64,000 nt of DNA from Octopus sinensis (GCF_006345805.1 NC_042998.1:16306001-16370000), one strand, 5' to 3'. Numbered from the stretch's first letter, positions 27,413-41,267 are shown. The notes: generated from the sequence alone by a model not told the origin. Program-made: numbers and translations.

Positions 27413-27722
27413 GTATATATTTAGATATATAGATATATGTATGTATATATGTATGTATAGATATATACGACGGGCATCTTTCTGTTTCTCTCTACCAAAT
27501 CCATTCACAAATTTTGGGTTGGTGCCAGGCTATGGTAGAAGACACTTGCTCTCCGTCTTGAAGAACTTTTAGATTAATGAGCTGAGTCCAGTACAATCTG
27601 TTAAGTCTGATACTTATTCTATTGGTTGTCAAGCGCTGGTGGAAGACAAAGCACAAAGACACACAAACATAAGATTATATATCTGTGAGCATTTATGTGT
27701 ACATATATATATATAATATATT

Positions 27723-27843
<121 letters not shown>

Positions 27844-27844
27844 C

Positions 27845-27882
<38 letters not shown>

Positions 27883-27887
27883 GCTTT

Positions 27888-27955
27888 CAGGAGGCTGATT
27901 AGTTGGTGTAAAGGAAACACACTTAGTCGGTTCGACTCCCACGCGGATAGAAAAG
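27888..27955 (+). mobile_element. tRNA-like head, probably a SINE fragment
   Basis: TAGTTGGTGTAAAGG...GGTTCGACTCCC A/B-box-like motifs; no complete cloverleaf evident. Confidence 0.4.
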
Positions 27956-28058
27956 CCTTCATTTTTCTGTCGAGGGCTTACATGACTCCTTATTAGACCA
28001 TTTTCTTTAGTTATTGCACGGTGGTCGCCATAAGCTTTAAACTCATATAAAAAGTACC

Positions 28059-28107
<49 letters not shown>

Positions 28108-28112
<5 letters not shown>

Positions 28113-28270
28113 AGATGCGCTCTTTTCGGTTTCCGTCTACCAAATGCATTCATAGGACTTTGGTAGGCCCAAGGCTACAGCATAAGCTACTTGCCCAAGT
28201 GACATGCAAAGGGACTGTACTCGGAACCATATGTAGCTGGGGAGGGAACTTCATACAACACATTCTGCGC
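28108..28270 (-). mobile_element. SINE family A, decayed 5' part
   Basis: TTTCGGTTTCCGTCTACCAAAT...CTTGCCCAAG...CTGCGCC is the reverse complement of the family head. Confidence 0.75.
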
Positions 28271-28271
28271 C

Positions 28272-28306
<35 letters not shown>

Positions 28307-28346
28307 TATATATATAGATAAACTTATAAGAAAATGTTTTAGTCCA

Positions 28347-28396
<50 letters not shown>

Positions 28397-28871
28397 CATG
28401 CTAGACTTCCTTATCAGCAAATTTTCCGTTTACTTTTTTCCCCAGGTTAATAAGTTAGAAACATCCTCATTGCATAATCTACATTCTCGAAACCATAAGT
28501 GTGCAAAATGTCATTTGAAAATATGAATATTAATAGAAATTATACTCAAAGAAAATCAGTTGGTGCAGAATAATCCGAAACTCTGGAGAGAAGAAAGTCA
28601 TGCTCTCGACATAATTAAAGAGGAGAGACGCAGAGAAACTGGAAAAGAAATAATAAAAACAAGGTAAAAGAAATAAAACTGAAATTCCAGTGAAAGCGTA
28701 TACGTGGTGTTTGCTTGCATATTGGCAGCTGACAGGCCGGAGCCAACTTGGAAGTTGAGGCTGGATGCTTATTGTACAAGAGGGGATTCAAGCGAAACGT
28801 GTGACTGCGGATTAGCATTGGATGTTTGCATGCATTTGTATTACTGATAACGCATTATATATGTGTGTGTC

Positions 28872-28921
<50 letters not shown>

Positions 28922-28928
28922 TAAACTA

Positions 28929-28973
<45 letters not shown>

Positions 28974-29029
28974 TATATACATACATATAAATATCTATAT
29001 CTATCTATATATCTACATATATATATGTT

Positions 29030-29190
29030 GATTCGCTAGCTTCTGCTTGTTTCTTTTCTGTGTATCTTTCTGTTGAAGAGCGTAGGCTCGAAACGTAAAA
29101 GAATTGTTTTATTTATATTCCTGAGCGCCATACTAACAACAATTGTTTGTTTGTATTCCACCTGCCTTCGTCTTTTGTTTATTTTCATAA
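29030..29190 (+). mobile_element. Penelope-type pseudo-LTR with variant hammerhead-like motif
   Basis: TCTTT-CTGTTGAA-GAGC-GTAG-GCTC-GAA-ACGT-A-AAAGA at 29065-29102. Confidence 0.75.
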
Positions 29191-29720
29191 AGCTTCCCGT
29201 TATATCTATCTATCTCTTATTATAAAAGGCAGATTTTATCTGCCTCCCTTTGGGAGTTATAGAAATCTACAATATAGGATTTCTTCAATTACAATTTACC
29301 TAGCATTTTTAAGAGTAGAATACATCGCGTCATGCCAGGTCCCGTTTTTAAAATTTAAACTCCAATTAAGCAAAATTTACAGAAAACTCACATTCTGTTG
29401 TGTGTGTCAAATGCTTTTCTTAGTCTGATTTACACCACACGCAAACGCACACACACAATGGGCAACGAATAACATGAAAGTAATTCACTTACTGTAGTGA
29501 GTGATTCGTTCACTCTGCCTCCCACTTCCTCTTTCCACACATAGACACGCAAATATATAAATAAAATTGTAAGCTAACGTGCGTGTGTGTGAGTGTGTGT
29601 GTGTGCGCGCGTGTGTGTGTGTGTGAGGGTGCGTGTGTGTGTGTGTGTGCGTGTGCGTGAGTGTGTGACAGGAAAGTTTTTTACGACGAATATAAGACCT
29701 ATATCCAAGTAGCAGAAAGA

Positions 29721-29985
29721 TAAGACAGTAAGGTGTGATTTGAGGGAGATTTGGCTGCTATTTATACCATGTCTAGCTGCCATGTAGGGTCTCCCTCATA
29801 GGCTCATACATACATATATACATAGATAATACAGTAAGGTGTGATTTGGGGGAAATTTGGCTGCTATTTCTACCAGGTCTAGCTACCATGTAGAGGTCCC
29901 CCTCATTGGCTCATATATATATACATACATAAGACAGTAAGGTGTGATTTGAGGGAGATTTGGCTGCTGTTTCTACCAGGTCTGT
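29721..29985 (+). repeat. ~105-bp tandem triplication of a repeat fragment
   Basis: ACAGTAAGGTGTGATTTG.GGGA.ATTTGGCTGCT at 29725, 29831 and 29934. Confidence 0.88.
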
Positions 29986-30054
29986 TAGGCCTTCTCATGT
30001 AAACTCAAGCTTTCTCATGCCTTGAACATAAGACCAAAGCAGAGAATGTATTCT

Positions 30055-30255
30055 TTTATTCTTCTGCATTTTCCAGCCATTGGTCTGTGGCCATGCTGGG
30101 GCAATGCCTTGAAGAATTGTAGTTTAATGAATCGACTCCAGTTTTATTTTTGTAAGCATTGTACTTATTGTATGTGTTTCCTTTGTCAAACCACTAGGTG
30201 ACAGGGCTGTAAACAAACCAACATTCGTTGTCAAGCAGTGGTGGAAGACAATCAC
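30055..30255 (-). mobile_element. SINE family A-like, 3' part
   Basis: CTGTGGCCATGCTGGGGCA...CAGCGTTGTCAAGC-like segments match the reverse complement of the tail and body. Confidence 0.65.
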
Positions 30256-30348
30256 AAGCACAGACACGCACACACACACACATACATGCATACACATATA
30301 CACACATACATACATACATACATATATATATATGTGTGTATATATATA

Positions 30349-30671
30349 TTGCAGCGTGGAAGGTGTTTGTAAGCCATTTAAGAAACACACAAAAACCGTT
30401 ACATTCACTTCAACATTTAAATTTAATTTGCCAAAATATTTTCGTCGCTTTGAGACCGCGACCTGTTCACTGACAAAAATATCGTGCTAACAGGTCGCGG
30501 TCTCAAAGCGACGAAAATATTTTGACAAATTAAATTTAAATGTTGAAGTGAATCTAACGGTTTTTGTGTGTTTCTTAAATGGCTTATAAACACCTTCAAC
30601 GCTGCAACTGTTTTCGTTCCACCACACGGTATCAGATCAAGTCACTTGCTATGCAAGTACATCTCTGTAAC
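30349..30671 (-). mobile_element. Fold-back element with hammerhead fold, copy 1
   Basis: ~119-bp inverted arms (30349-30467 and 30489-30607), 21-nt loop, unpaired extension to 30671; homologous to 43978-44325 in the opposite orientation. Confidence 0.9.
30427..30477 (-). ncRNA. Type I hammerhead with G3:C8 variant core
   Basis: TTTGTCA-GTGAACA-G-GTCGC-GGTCTCAAA-GCGAC-GAA-AATATT-T-TGGCAAA on the minus strand. Confidence 0.7.
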
Positions 30672-30672
30672 T

Positions 30673-30704
<32 letters not shown>

Positions 30705-30773
30705 GTATATTGGTAAAAACAGTAAGATAATAAAAGAAAGAAAGAGACCTCAATATTATGAAAATAGAGGAAA

Positions 30774-31166
30774 TCTTTATATATAAAAGTGAGGTTGTGT
30801 GTCTGTCTCCTACGATTTAGATTCCTAACTACTCCCACATTTTGCGGTGCAGTTTAACCAAAACCGGGTATCTTATAGTCGTGATTCATATCGAGACCGT
30901 CGGGTATTAGCGCGCGTCTACGATGAGTCTACGATTTAAAAAAAATTTACCATCAATTTTTCCCATTTTTAATCCATTTTTGACATATATAAGGGAAGTA
31001 ACTCTCTAAAATTTATTATTAAATCTCAGAACGTAAAAAGCTACAGTAACACCCCTCCCCCTTTGTGGTTAGCCATATTGAGATGGCTATTATACTTTAC
31101 ATCTCTAAAAATGCTTATATAATTATTTCCCTTACAAACCCGAGCAACGCCGGGCGATACTGCTAG
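30774..31166 (+). mobile_element. Non-autonomous Helitron
   Basis: 5' TC after A, 3' hairpin CCCG-AGCAACGC-CGGG (31139-31154), terminal CTAG followed by T; no target-site duplication. Confidence 0.85.
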
Positions 31167-32102
31167 TCTATCTATATATTTATATATATATATATATATA
31201 TATGCATATATGGGTACAGTATATCACAAAATGTAAACAACATGAAATACGAAGGCAAACTTCGATATTCGAACAACAAGAGTAACAAACAGAAAACAAG
31301 ACCGGTACCATAAAGAACGACCCTTCCTCAGTTGTCAGCCGTTTATCTTTTCCACATTTTGAGCAATTGAGGAGAATACGAGGCTTCGAAAAACAGTTGC
31401 TCCTGCGAACAAAATAAAATTTGGGATTTGCAGAGGGTCAAAGATGGTAACGAAGACAGGACAGTGGACACATACAACAAAACCAAACGAAAATACCATG
31501 GAGGGCCGTTAGGCCAGACGAGACAAGATAGCGAACGCTGGAGGAGTATTCTTTGAGAAGAGAATAGTAAGGAAAGGAGAAAGATAAGAATGCATGAGGT
31601 CTGTGCGACAAAATGAAGGCAAAGGAAGATGATCACATGACGAAAATAAATATGGACGATGGTCTCGTGTGATCAACGAGAGAGGATAAAGGAGGGATGG
31701 GAACAGCGAGAAATATTGCGAGAGAAACAGTTAGAAAATGGTGAAGGGGAGAAAAAAGAATTAGAGAACGGAAGAGAAAGAAAACGAAAGGACGAGTACA
31801 GAGTAGAGCCGCATCAAAATTATTAACATAAACTTACATGGAAATGGATGCATGGCGTTTATATAATATATATATATATATATATAATATATTATATATA
31901 TATATATATAATATACATAACAAATATATATGCATATATACATATATATGTGTACACACACACACACACACACATATATATACATATATGTTTACAGAAC
32001 GTCACAAAACGTACGCATACCCAAGTTTGCCCTCGTACTGCGTGTTGTTTTCGTATTTCATGTTGTATACGTTCTGTGACATTCTGTACCCATATATGCA
32101 TA

Positions 32103-32144
<42 letters not shown>

Positions 32145-32151
<7 letters not shown>

Positions 32152-33997
32152 TCAATATAGGGTGGCAAAAAAAATTTTGTAGAATTTTTTTGCCACCAGC
32201 GGCCTAGTGGAAAAAAATTAAATAGTCATAGACCATTTTTAAGTTCAACATCAACAATCAAGGAACGGCCATAATAGGCCATTCACCCACTAGAAATAAC
32301 AGCCAAAGCTTCAACCGCAAATAAAAGTCAATTCCGTAAACAGGAGAAAATTTAAAAAACATTTACCCTGTAATTTCTTATACGATGCACCGTTTCATCT
32401 GCTGTTTAATGGTAAACTAACCTGATTAAATTAAATCAAGCCAATCTTCCATAGGCCCTCAGATTCTTCAGTAAGAAATAGCCACAAGTCGGAACAGATA
32501 TTTTCACGAGGCATTTCCGACCCTGCCAAGGTAATATCTGACCTAAAATTTTCAAATCATCGCACTCGCGCCAAATTATCGGCAGCAAATAAATATAAGC
32601 CGTCGATTCCATTACGGAATTAACCAGAAAATTCATAATTAATCAATCTAGGGTGGCAAAAAAAATTTTGTAGAATTTTTTTGCCACCAGCGGCCTAGTG
32701 GGAAAAAAATTAAATAGTCATAGACCATTTTTAAGTTCAACATCAACAATCAAGGAACGGCCATAATAGGCCATTCACCCACTAGAAATAACAGCCAAAG
32801 CTCAACCGCAAATAAAAGTCAATTCCGTAAACAGGAGAAAATTTAAAAAACATTTACCCTGTAATTTCTTATACGATGCAACCGTTTCATCTGCTGTTTA
32901 ATGGTAAACTAACCTGATTAAATTAAATCAAGCCAATCTTCCATAGGCCCTCAGATTCTTCAGTAAGAAATAGCCACAAGTCGGAACAGATATTTTCACG
33001 AGGCATTTCCGACCCTGCCAAGGTAATATCTGACCTAAAATTTTCAAATCATCGCACTCGCGCCAAATTTATCGGCAGCAAATAAATATAAGCCGTCGAT
33101 TCCATTACGGAATTAACCAGAAAATTCATAATTAATCAATATAGGGTGGCAAAAAAAATTTTGTAGAATTTTTTTGCCACCAGCGGCCTAGTGGGAAAAA
33201 AATTAAATAGTCATAGACCATTTTTAAGTTCAACATCAACAATCAAGGAACGGCCATAATAGGCCATTCACCCACTAGAAATAACAGCCAAAACTTCAAC
33301 CGCAAATAAAAGATTGGCTTGATTTAATTTAATCAGGTTAGTTTACCATTAAACAGCAGATGAAACGGTGCATCGTATAAGAAATTACAGGATAGGTGTT
33401 TTTTAAATTTTCTCCTGTTTACGGAATTGTCTTTTATTTGCGGTTGAAGCTTTGGCTGTTATTTCTAGTGGGTGAATGGCCTATTATGGCCGTTCCTTGA
33501 TTGTTGATGTTGAACTTAAAAATGGTCTATGACTATTTAATTTTTTCCCACTAGGCCGCTGGTGGCAAAAAAATTCTACAAAATTTTTTTTGCCACCCTA
33601 TATTGATTAATTATGAATTTTCTGGTTAATTCCGTAATGGAATCGACGGCTTATATTTATTTGCTGCCGATAAATTTGGCGCGAGTGCGATGATTTGAAA
33701 ATTTTAGGTCAGATATTACCTTGGCAGGGTCGGAAATGCCTCGTGAAAATATCTGTTCCGACTTGTGGCTATTTCTTACTGAAGAATCTGAGGGCCTATG
33801 GAAGATTGGCTTGATTTAATTTAATCAGGTTAGTTTACCATTAAACAGCAGATGAAACGGGCATCGTATAAGAAATTACAGGGTAAATGTTTTTTAAATT
33901 TTCTCCTGTTTACGGAATTGACTTTTATTTGCGGTTGAAGCTTTGGCTGTTATTTCTAGTGGGTGAATGGCCTATTATGGCCGTTCCTTGATTGTTG

Positions 33998-33998
<1 letters not shown>
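32145..33998. repeat. ~491-bp unit array: 2.4 direct copies followed by ~1.4 inverted copies
   Basis: Units start at 32145, 32636 and 33129; polarity switches at 33312/33313; flanked by (TA)n on both sides. Confidence 0.93.
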
Positions 33999-34029
<31 letters not shown>

Positions 34030-35169
34030 TATATATAATATATATATATAATATATATATTATATATATATATATATACATACATATATTTCTATATAAA
34101 TGCGTGTGTGTTCATTTGTCCCTGCATTTATGAATCTGTAGGTGATTCCGTGTTGCCATGAACACAGAAAGAAAACATCCGTAGATTTTTCGATTTCGTC
34201 TTTGCCAGAGAACATGACGAATGTTTTGGAGCCGCGTTCTTCTGCGTGTACTCTGTAAATTATTATCATTGTCAGACATCAGTTAGCATCAGGAAATAGT
34301 TTGTTTTACTGACTCCGATATACAAATGCTCATGCAGGATTGAACGATTAACGGTCTCTCGGTGTAGAATCAATTAAGGAAACACACTTCGAGATCGAAG
34401 TACTGCAATCTTTGATGTCTCCTTAGGCTGGTGCGTCTGTGTTATGAACCCACAACGACTAAATAGAAGATGTGGTCTTCGAGGATGATAACAAACAGCG
34501 ACCACATATTCATCTTCGCATGTACCAGAATGTATTAAAGATTAAAATATGCATTATTGTCTGGATTCTAAGTTCTGTGTGCAAACTATGAACTATTAAA
34601 GCAACTTCTTCATTTGAATAATATTTCTAAAATATTTAAAATTCCTAAGGGCCACTAAGAGTTGAGTGAATTAATTATGATGAATTTGTAGAGGAGCGGT
34701 GTGCAGTTTTGTGTTGACGATTCCCGAAAGAGGAGTATGTACTGCTGCAGGCTGTAAGTGCAGTTTAATGTTATGAAATGGTGGAATTGCACACATAGAA
34801 ACCTACCTATATACCTAAGGAAACCGCCCACACAGACTCTCACTCACCTAACCACACACTCTCGCATGCAAACTCATAAGTACATAAACACGTACACACA
34901 CACACATACACACAAATATATATACACTCATACACAAATTTATGCGCATTACGTATCTTAAGTTTTTCAGCTTTGTGTTATATTTACAATGCCAATTCTG
35001 TTATGCGTAAATATTCAGCGTATATTCCACTTTAGATGACTCTGTTGCTGCATGGTGATGTGTATGCATTAACACCCATCATACCCATGGGTGCCTAATT
35101 AATATATCCAGATTGTACACATACATACACGCATGTTTATACATATACATATACGTCCGACATTAAGGA

Positions 35170-35700
35170 TTACAACAAAATCATGAATTTTTTTTGGTGC
35201 GAATTTTACGGGGAAATAAATCGTAAAATTATGGAAAATGTGTTGCCCGGGTTGCTCGAGTTACAAAAACAGCAACAAGCAGCAACTGACAGAACAACAG
35301 CAGCAGCTACAGCAGCAGGAACAACAGCAGCAATAACTACTGAAAGAACAACAACAGCAGTTGCAACTGCAAAAATTGCAGTACAAGCAACAGCAATTAC
35401 TATTACAGCAACAAATGCTGCAATTAATGAAAAATAAGCTGTCAGAAAATGTTGAAAAGAATATTCTCGCCTGATTATGTTGCGAACTCCACAACAGAGC
35501 TTAAGTACGAACCAGACGAAGGAGTTATATTCGAGGCTTACTATAGAAGATACGAACAAATATCCAAAAAAGAGTACAAAAAGACTATGGAAACGTGCTC
35601 AATCTTAAGAAAAGTAGCAGCAGGAGAGCACGAGGATTACAGCCATTACGTACTCTCACAAAACATTCTGACTTAAAATTTAAAGATTTCAGTAGCAATA
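35170..35700 (+). pseudogene. Ty3/Gypsy gag remnant with Gln-rich N-terminus
   Basis: FSPDYVANSTTELKYEPDEGVIFEAYYRRYE...LRKVAAGEHEDYSHYVL matches the Gypsy gag pattern F.YDPE.G.TF..WY.RYE...LLRKL...EH..Y..Y.LP; TTACAACA and TGGTG upstream may be an LTR end and PBS. Confidence 0.78.
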
Positions 35701-36889
35701 TTATATGTTGCCGAGGAGAAGGCAGAGTCGTCACCAGTTGTGTTAATTTTTCTAGTAGATGTGTATTTTAGTAAAATAAGACATGTCTGTAGTAACAATA
35801 CTAGTAACTAAAATGAAACTGACTAAAACTTGAGACGGCAAAGACAGTATTAATAATATTCAAACCATGTTAAAAATACTAACGATAAAATTGAATGAGA
35901 AGATGAAGAAGATGCGAAATAAAAATACAATTAAATATAAAGTGAATAAATGATGCAAAATATTAAAAAAAATGAAAATAAATAAATGAAGAAATTAATA
36001 AAATAAGATAAACAATAAAATAAAAAAATTATAACCGATAACAGAAATAGAATGATATATTAATGCTATGTATATATCTAATTAAAAACATGATGGGGTT
36101 AAACGTAGATAAATGAGATAGCATGACTTTTTATATCTGCTTCTTTTTTTCTTTAAATCTATTCTAAAATACGCACACCTAACTACCTACCTACCTACAT
36201 ACATACATACCTACCTACCTACCTACCTACCTACCTACCTACCTACATACGTACATACTTACCTACTTACCTACCTACCTACCTACCAACATATATACAC
36301 ACATACATACAGAAATATATACGCACGTATATTTATGAATGCACATATATGCATTCATGTGTGTGTATATATGTGTATGTTCGTGCGTGTTTCAGACAAA
36401 TATTTGAATAGAAAAATAGAGACATAATAACATAAAACGGGGGGATACATTGAGAGAATGAGCAAGGAATATACACGAAAGGAAACGCTAAAATAAAAGG
36501 TCTAAAAATATCGAGATGTGGCTTAATGAGGGTACTTGGGTGTGAAGCATTCGGACTAATAGCTGAGTGTATCATCTAAACCGACACTCAGTGACTTGTC
36601 TCAAGATGGTAACAGAGGCATATGTAGACCAAAAGAGACAAAGAAAGCACGTAGTTTTTTTTTTCTTTGTAGTTGTACCAATATTTCGTGGACCTTCCGT
36701 TGATGCACCTAGAAGTTTTCCCCATGTGGGACTCGGGGAAATTCACGCAAGCTCCTTCCTGACTCTCTCTCTCTTCCGTATACAGTATTCTTAGTTTGTG
36801 TTGTTGATATGTGGGTTACTAATACACAACGAGCAGTTACTTTGATATGTTTCTTTGTCATTACTTACTTAGAACAGACTCCATATGGT

Positions 36890-37250
36890 GGAGGCGCAAT
36901 GGCCCAGTGGTTAGGGCAGCGGACTCGCGGTCGTAAGATCGCGGTTTCGATTCCCAGACCGGGCGTTATGAGTGTACCTAAGGCTACACGAGGCTCCGGC
37001 AGGGATGGTGGTGATCCCTGCTGTACTCTTTCACTCACCACAACTTTCTCTCACTCTTACTTCCTGTTTCTGTTGTACCTGTATTTCAAAGGGCCCGCCT
37101 TGTCACTCTCTGTGTCACGCTGAATATCCCCGAGAAATACGTTACGGGTACATGTGTCTGTTGAGTGCTCAGCCACATACACGTTAATTTCACGAGCAGG
37201 CTGTTCCGTTGATCGGATCAACCGGAACCGACGGAGTGCTTCCAGACTCC
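36890..37250 (+). mobile_element. tRNA-derived SINE, family C
   Basis: GGAGGCGCAATGGCCCAGTGGTTAGGGCAGCGGACTCGCGG...GGTTTCGATTCCC head followed by a non-tRNA body; recalls octopus tRNA-Arg-like OR-type SINEs. Confidence 0.8.
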
Positions 37251-39699
37251 ATACGTCTACCTCTCTACAACCTTGATCATAAGCTTGGTCCCACAGAAGT
37301 TTTTCTTAAATAATCTAGCTAGTTCACTCTTAGCTATATCATCTGCAAAAAAGAGCACTATCAAGCTTGGGGTATTCATAACACATATTACATTTAGCCC
37401 TGTTACAAAACAAAAATCTGTTGGGTTTTTTGTTTGTTTTTGATTTACTCTCACCGACAGACACATATAATCCACTTGCATTAGCAAAATGGAACTAGTC
37501 CAAAATATATACTCACAGTTCACACACCATACAAAAAAAGTCGCCACCGAATATACCTTCTATTCATAACATGTATTTCTTAATCCTTTACTGAGTGACC
37601 CTGGCCCAAAATTGAATCGGTGACCAATTTGAACTGTTAATCTTTCAAATTCTTGTAAAATGTGTATATGCCTGTGCGTGCCTCAATAAATTTAACTGTA
37701 ACTAAAAGAGTTCACTTATGGGGATATATGTAGTACTTATCAGGCTTCACTATTTTCATCCCAATAACATTCTTTTTTTTATATAATGCTGTATAAAGAT
37801 TAATATAGTTATCTAATTTGAGTTGCATCAAAAGCACACACCTATAGAATATTTGCACTGAGTCTATTGACTGAGCTAATGTGTTTACCTATAACATGAT
37901 TAAAAAATGTGTCTTTCCAAATACAGTTGCTACAATATCAACTGAAAATAGTTCGGATTCATCATTTATTTCGCTCCTATATAAAGACTTTTCTTCCTGA
38001 TACTTCTGTGCACCTTGTACTTTGTAGTGTAGCTTTTGCGTTGCAGTGGTAATGCGGTTTTTGGTACTTATACTATTATTTATTATCCAGATGAAGCACG
38101 ATAAATGGTAGTATTTACAGGTTTCGTTCTGATGGATCTTAACGGTTTTATTTTTTATTTTATTTTAGGAGATACATATTCAGATTATGTTTTCAAAATA
38201 TACTCAGTTAAATATTTCATCACGTCGGTTAGCAAGTACATTCTGCATTGAAACTTATCGCTATCTTCCTACATATTAGCCTCACCTATTTTGCTATTCA
38301 AGTTAGCTACACAGATGTAAAAGTTAATTTCGATATTTACGTAGTATTGCTTTTGGAACAAATTGTTACAATTGTTTCAAACACTTATACATCTTGACCA
38401 TTATTTTCGTCCCTTACATCGAACATTTTCTGCAGAATAGTAACTACTGTATATTATATCAATTTATATGACAACGTCTTATATATATAACACATATATC
38501 CGTATATTTATCAAGTCTGCAATTTCGATGTTCAGTTTCGCAATTTCCGACATGCCAAATCCTTTCCTGATTACCTGCATGCTGGCCATAAATTTACTCT
38601 AATATGAATTGCGTACGGACAGTTTCGATGTTCCTTTAATTACGAAGCTGTATGTCTATTGGTCAAAGTTCAGTTGAATTAATCTGCTGGGATTTTCAGT
38701 TAGGTAAAGAAGGATGCGAACGAAATTTGCTTTGCCTTTTACTGTACAATAATCTTGATAATTATGGTACTCTTTGTTAGTGAAATGAATCGCTTGAATT
38801 GCCATTAGAATAGTTACAAACTTTGATAAATCTTTTATTGTTCAACTTCCGCATTATATATCATTGTGAAATACCATGTTCATTCCATTCATTTTTACAA
38901 TAGATTTATTTTACAATCTACTCTTTAATAAATTAAGGCTGTCAAATTCTGCAAATTAAAATGTAAATAAAAATTTACTTCAATTAATAAAAGAATGAAA
39001 AACCGACTGTAATTTCGGAATGCATTTGATAAGTGAAAAGTCAATGAACGTGTAGCTTGAAATTAGTTCTAAATATCTCATGCTAAGAAGGTATTCCTTG
39101 AAGATGAGAAAAAGCGCCGACGACCTGTGCTTCACAAACCATTGGTGTGTTATTAAATAAGTGAAGCGAAAACTGAATATTAATGTCGCAGACGCAGCGA
39201 GCATTAAAATGTTTTACATCTGTTCCGCAGCAGACATTCCAAAAGTTTATTGCCACTTGTTAGGAAGGAAAAGAAAACTCCGTTCATAATTCTCTCCTTT
39301 CTTTTATTTAAGAATATTTAAGAATATTAATTTCTTGATCTGACTCTGACATATGAATTAATCTATTCGTCAATCGACGGTGCTTCCATAATTGCAGCAG
39401 CGAAACGAAATACCAACACATGTTCAAAAACCGAAACTGAAGCGCCAACTGTGTATCAATATATTAATGCTTTTAACAGATTTAATCAGCGACTAATATG
39501 CTAACATACTGACGATCACATCACAGCAGAAAGCTATGGTGAAGTAACCGACGAATTGTACAAAAGTCTGTGACGTTTGCTTTTCCAACCTGCGTCAATA
39601 TAAAATGAACAAATTATTCATCTTGACAAAGTTAGTACACGCTTCTCTCACGTGCTTCTGCAGAAAAGAGAGAGAGTGTGTGTGTGTGCGTGAGTGAGA

Positions 39700-40021
<322 letters not shown>

Positions 40022-41267
40022 GAGCTATGAATGTGTACCTCACTCACAATCACTTCACCGACGTCTCTCTGACAGCTGACAGTGACATTTCTTTTTCAGT
40101 CTCTCCACAACTCCGAACGTGAGACATTTTTGCAACAACTAAGAATCGGTTTAAAATGTCTTCAAAGTATTTACCAGTTCCAAGACTCTAGAAATCTATA
40201 TTCGAGGAATAAATAGACTTTTTGGCAAACATATGCAGATTCAATGATTATTATTTCGATTAATACAAATTAGTGCGAGCCGACATGTATTGATTAAATT
40301 TTGACGCCTAAAACTGCAGTTACTTTCACAAATTTCGGTCTACTATACTTAGCATAACACATCTTGTGTAGACAATATAATTCTGTAAGTTGCTTCAGCA
40401 AGAACTCTTTCTAATTTGTCAACACATTCTTTATTTGGGTCATGCTAACCTACCAACATACTTAGAAACTTTCGTAATTATGTTAACGCTTCAACGAATA
40501 GCGTGCAATTGTGAATCGTAATTTAAGCAGTATATTTTCCCACCAACTTAGTCATACGCAATTTCATAAAATTTTGCAGATGTGTAAGTTAATTTGATAG
40601 AGGGGTTCGTATTGTTCTTGAACGCTTTTCTAATTTAAAAGAAGGTTAAAACATATATACGATCGATTACCATAACATTCTGAAAGTTTTCTTACGTAAT
40701 TACCTTAAACAATCCTTACATTAAATATTTGAGACTTTTTTTTTATAATCATACTCTATTTTTGGGTAAATGTTTATACTTAAATACGAATGCCATAATT
40801 ATGTAATATAAACTCTGAATAAAATAATTTAACATAACCGAAAAAGCGACAAAACAATAGCATTATCTACAATATTTGAAATTAAACTGCTCAGTATCTC
40901 TGCATCGGTATTTCTTCGTCACTTCACTTATTTCTTCTCATTTATGACAAGCAATCATTTTCTTGCATCTGACTATTCCTATCTTTCAAAGAAATTGTTT
41001 CGCATTTCTAAATATGAAAAAAAAAAAAAAAACATTATGTATTAATTTTTTACAAAGATATTTCTTATTGTGCGAAATTTTTAAATCTAAATACTAATAT
41101 GGAAAAATTTTACATTGCCAGAATGTGAGCCGTCGTGAAATATTGCAAATGACAAAACACAGTAGTTCTATCAAAAGAATATATATATTATTCATACAGT
41201 TCTTGTATGATTTCGCACACACACACACACACACACACACATTTATATATTCTTTTATTTTTTTAAT

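Noticed and set aside
28545-28670. Possible exon QLVQNNPKLWREESHALDIIKEERRRETGKEIIKTR followed by GTAAAA
   Set aside because: There is no convincing acceptor, and the purine-rich low-complexity sequence has no recognisable homology.
36890-36965. Functional tRNA gene
   Set aside because: The acceptor stem does not close and the sequence continues into a SINE body.
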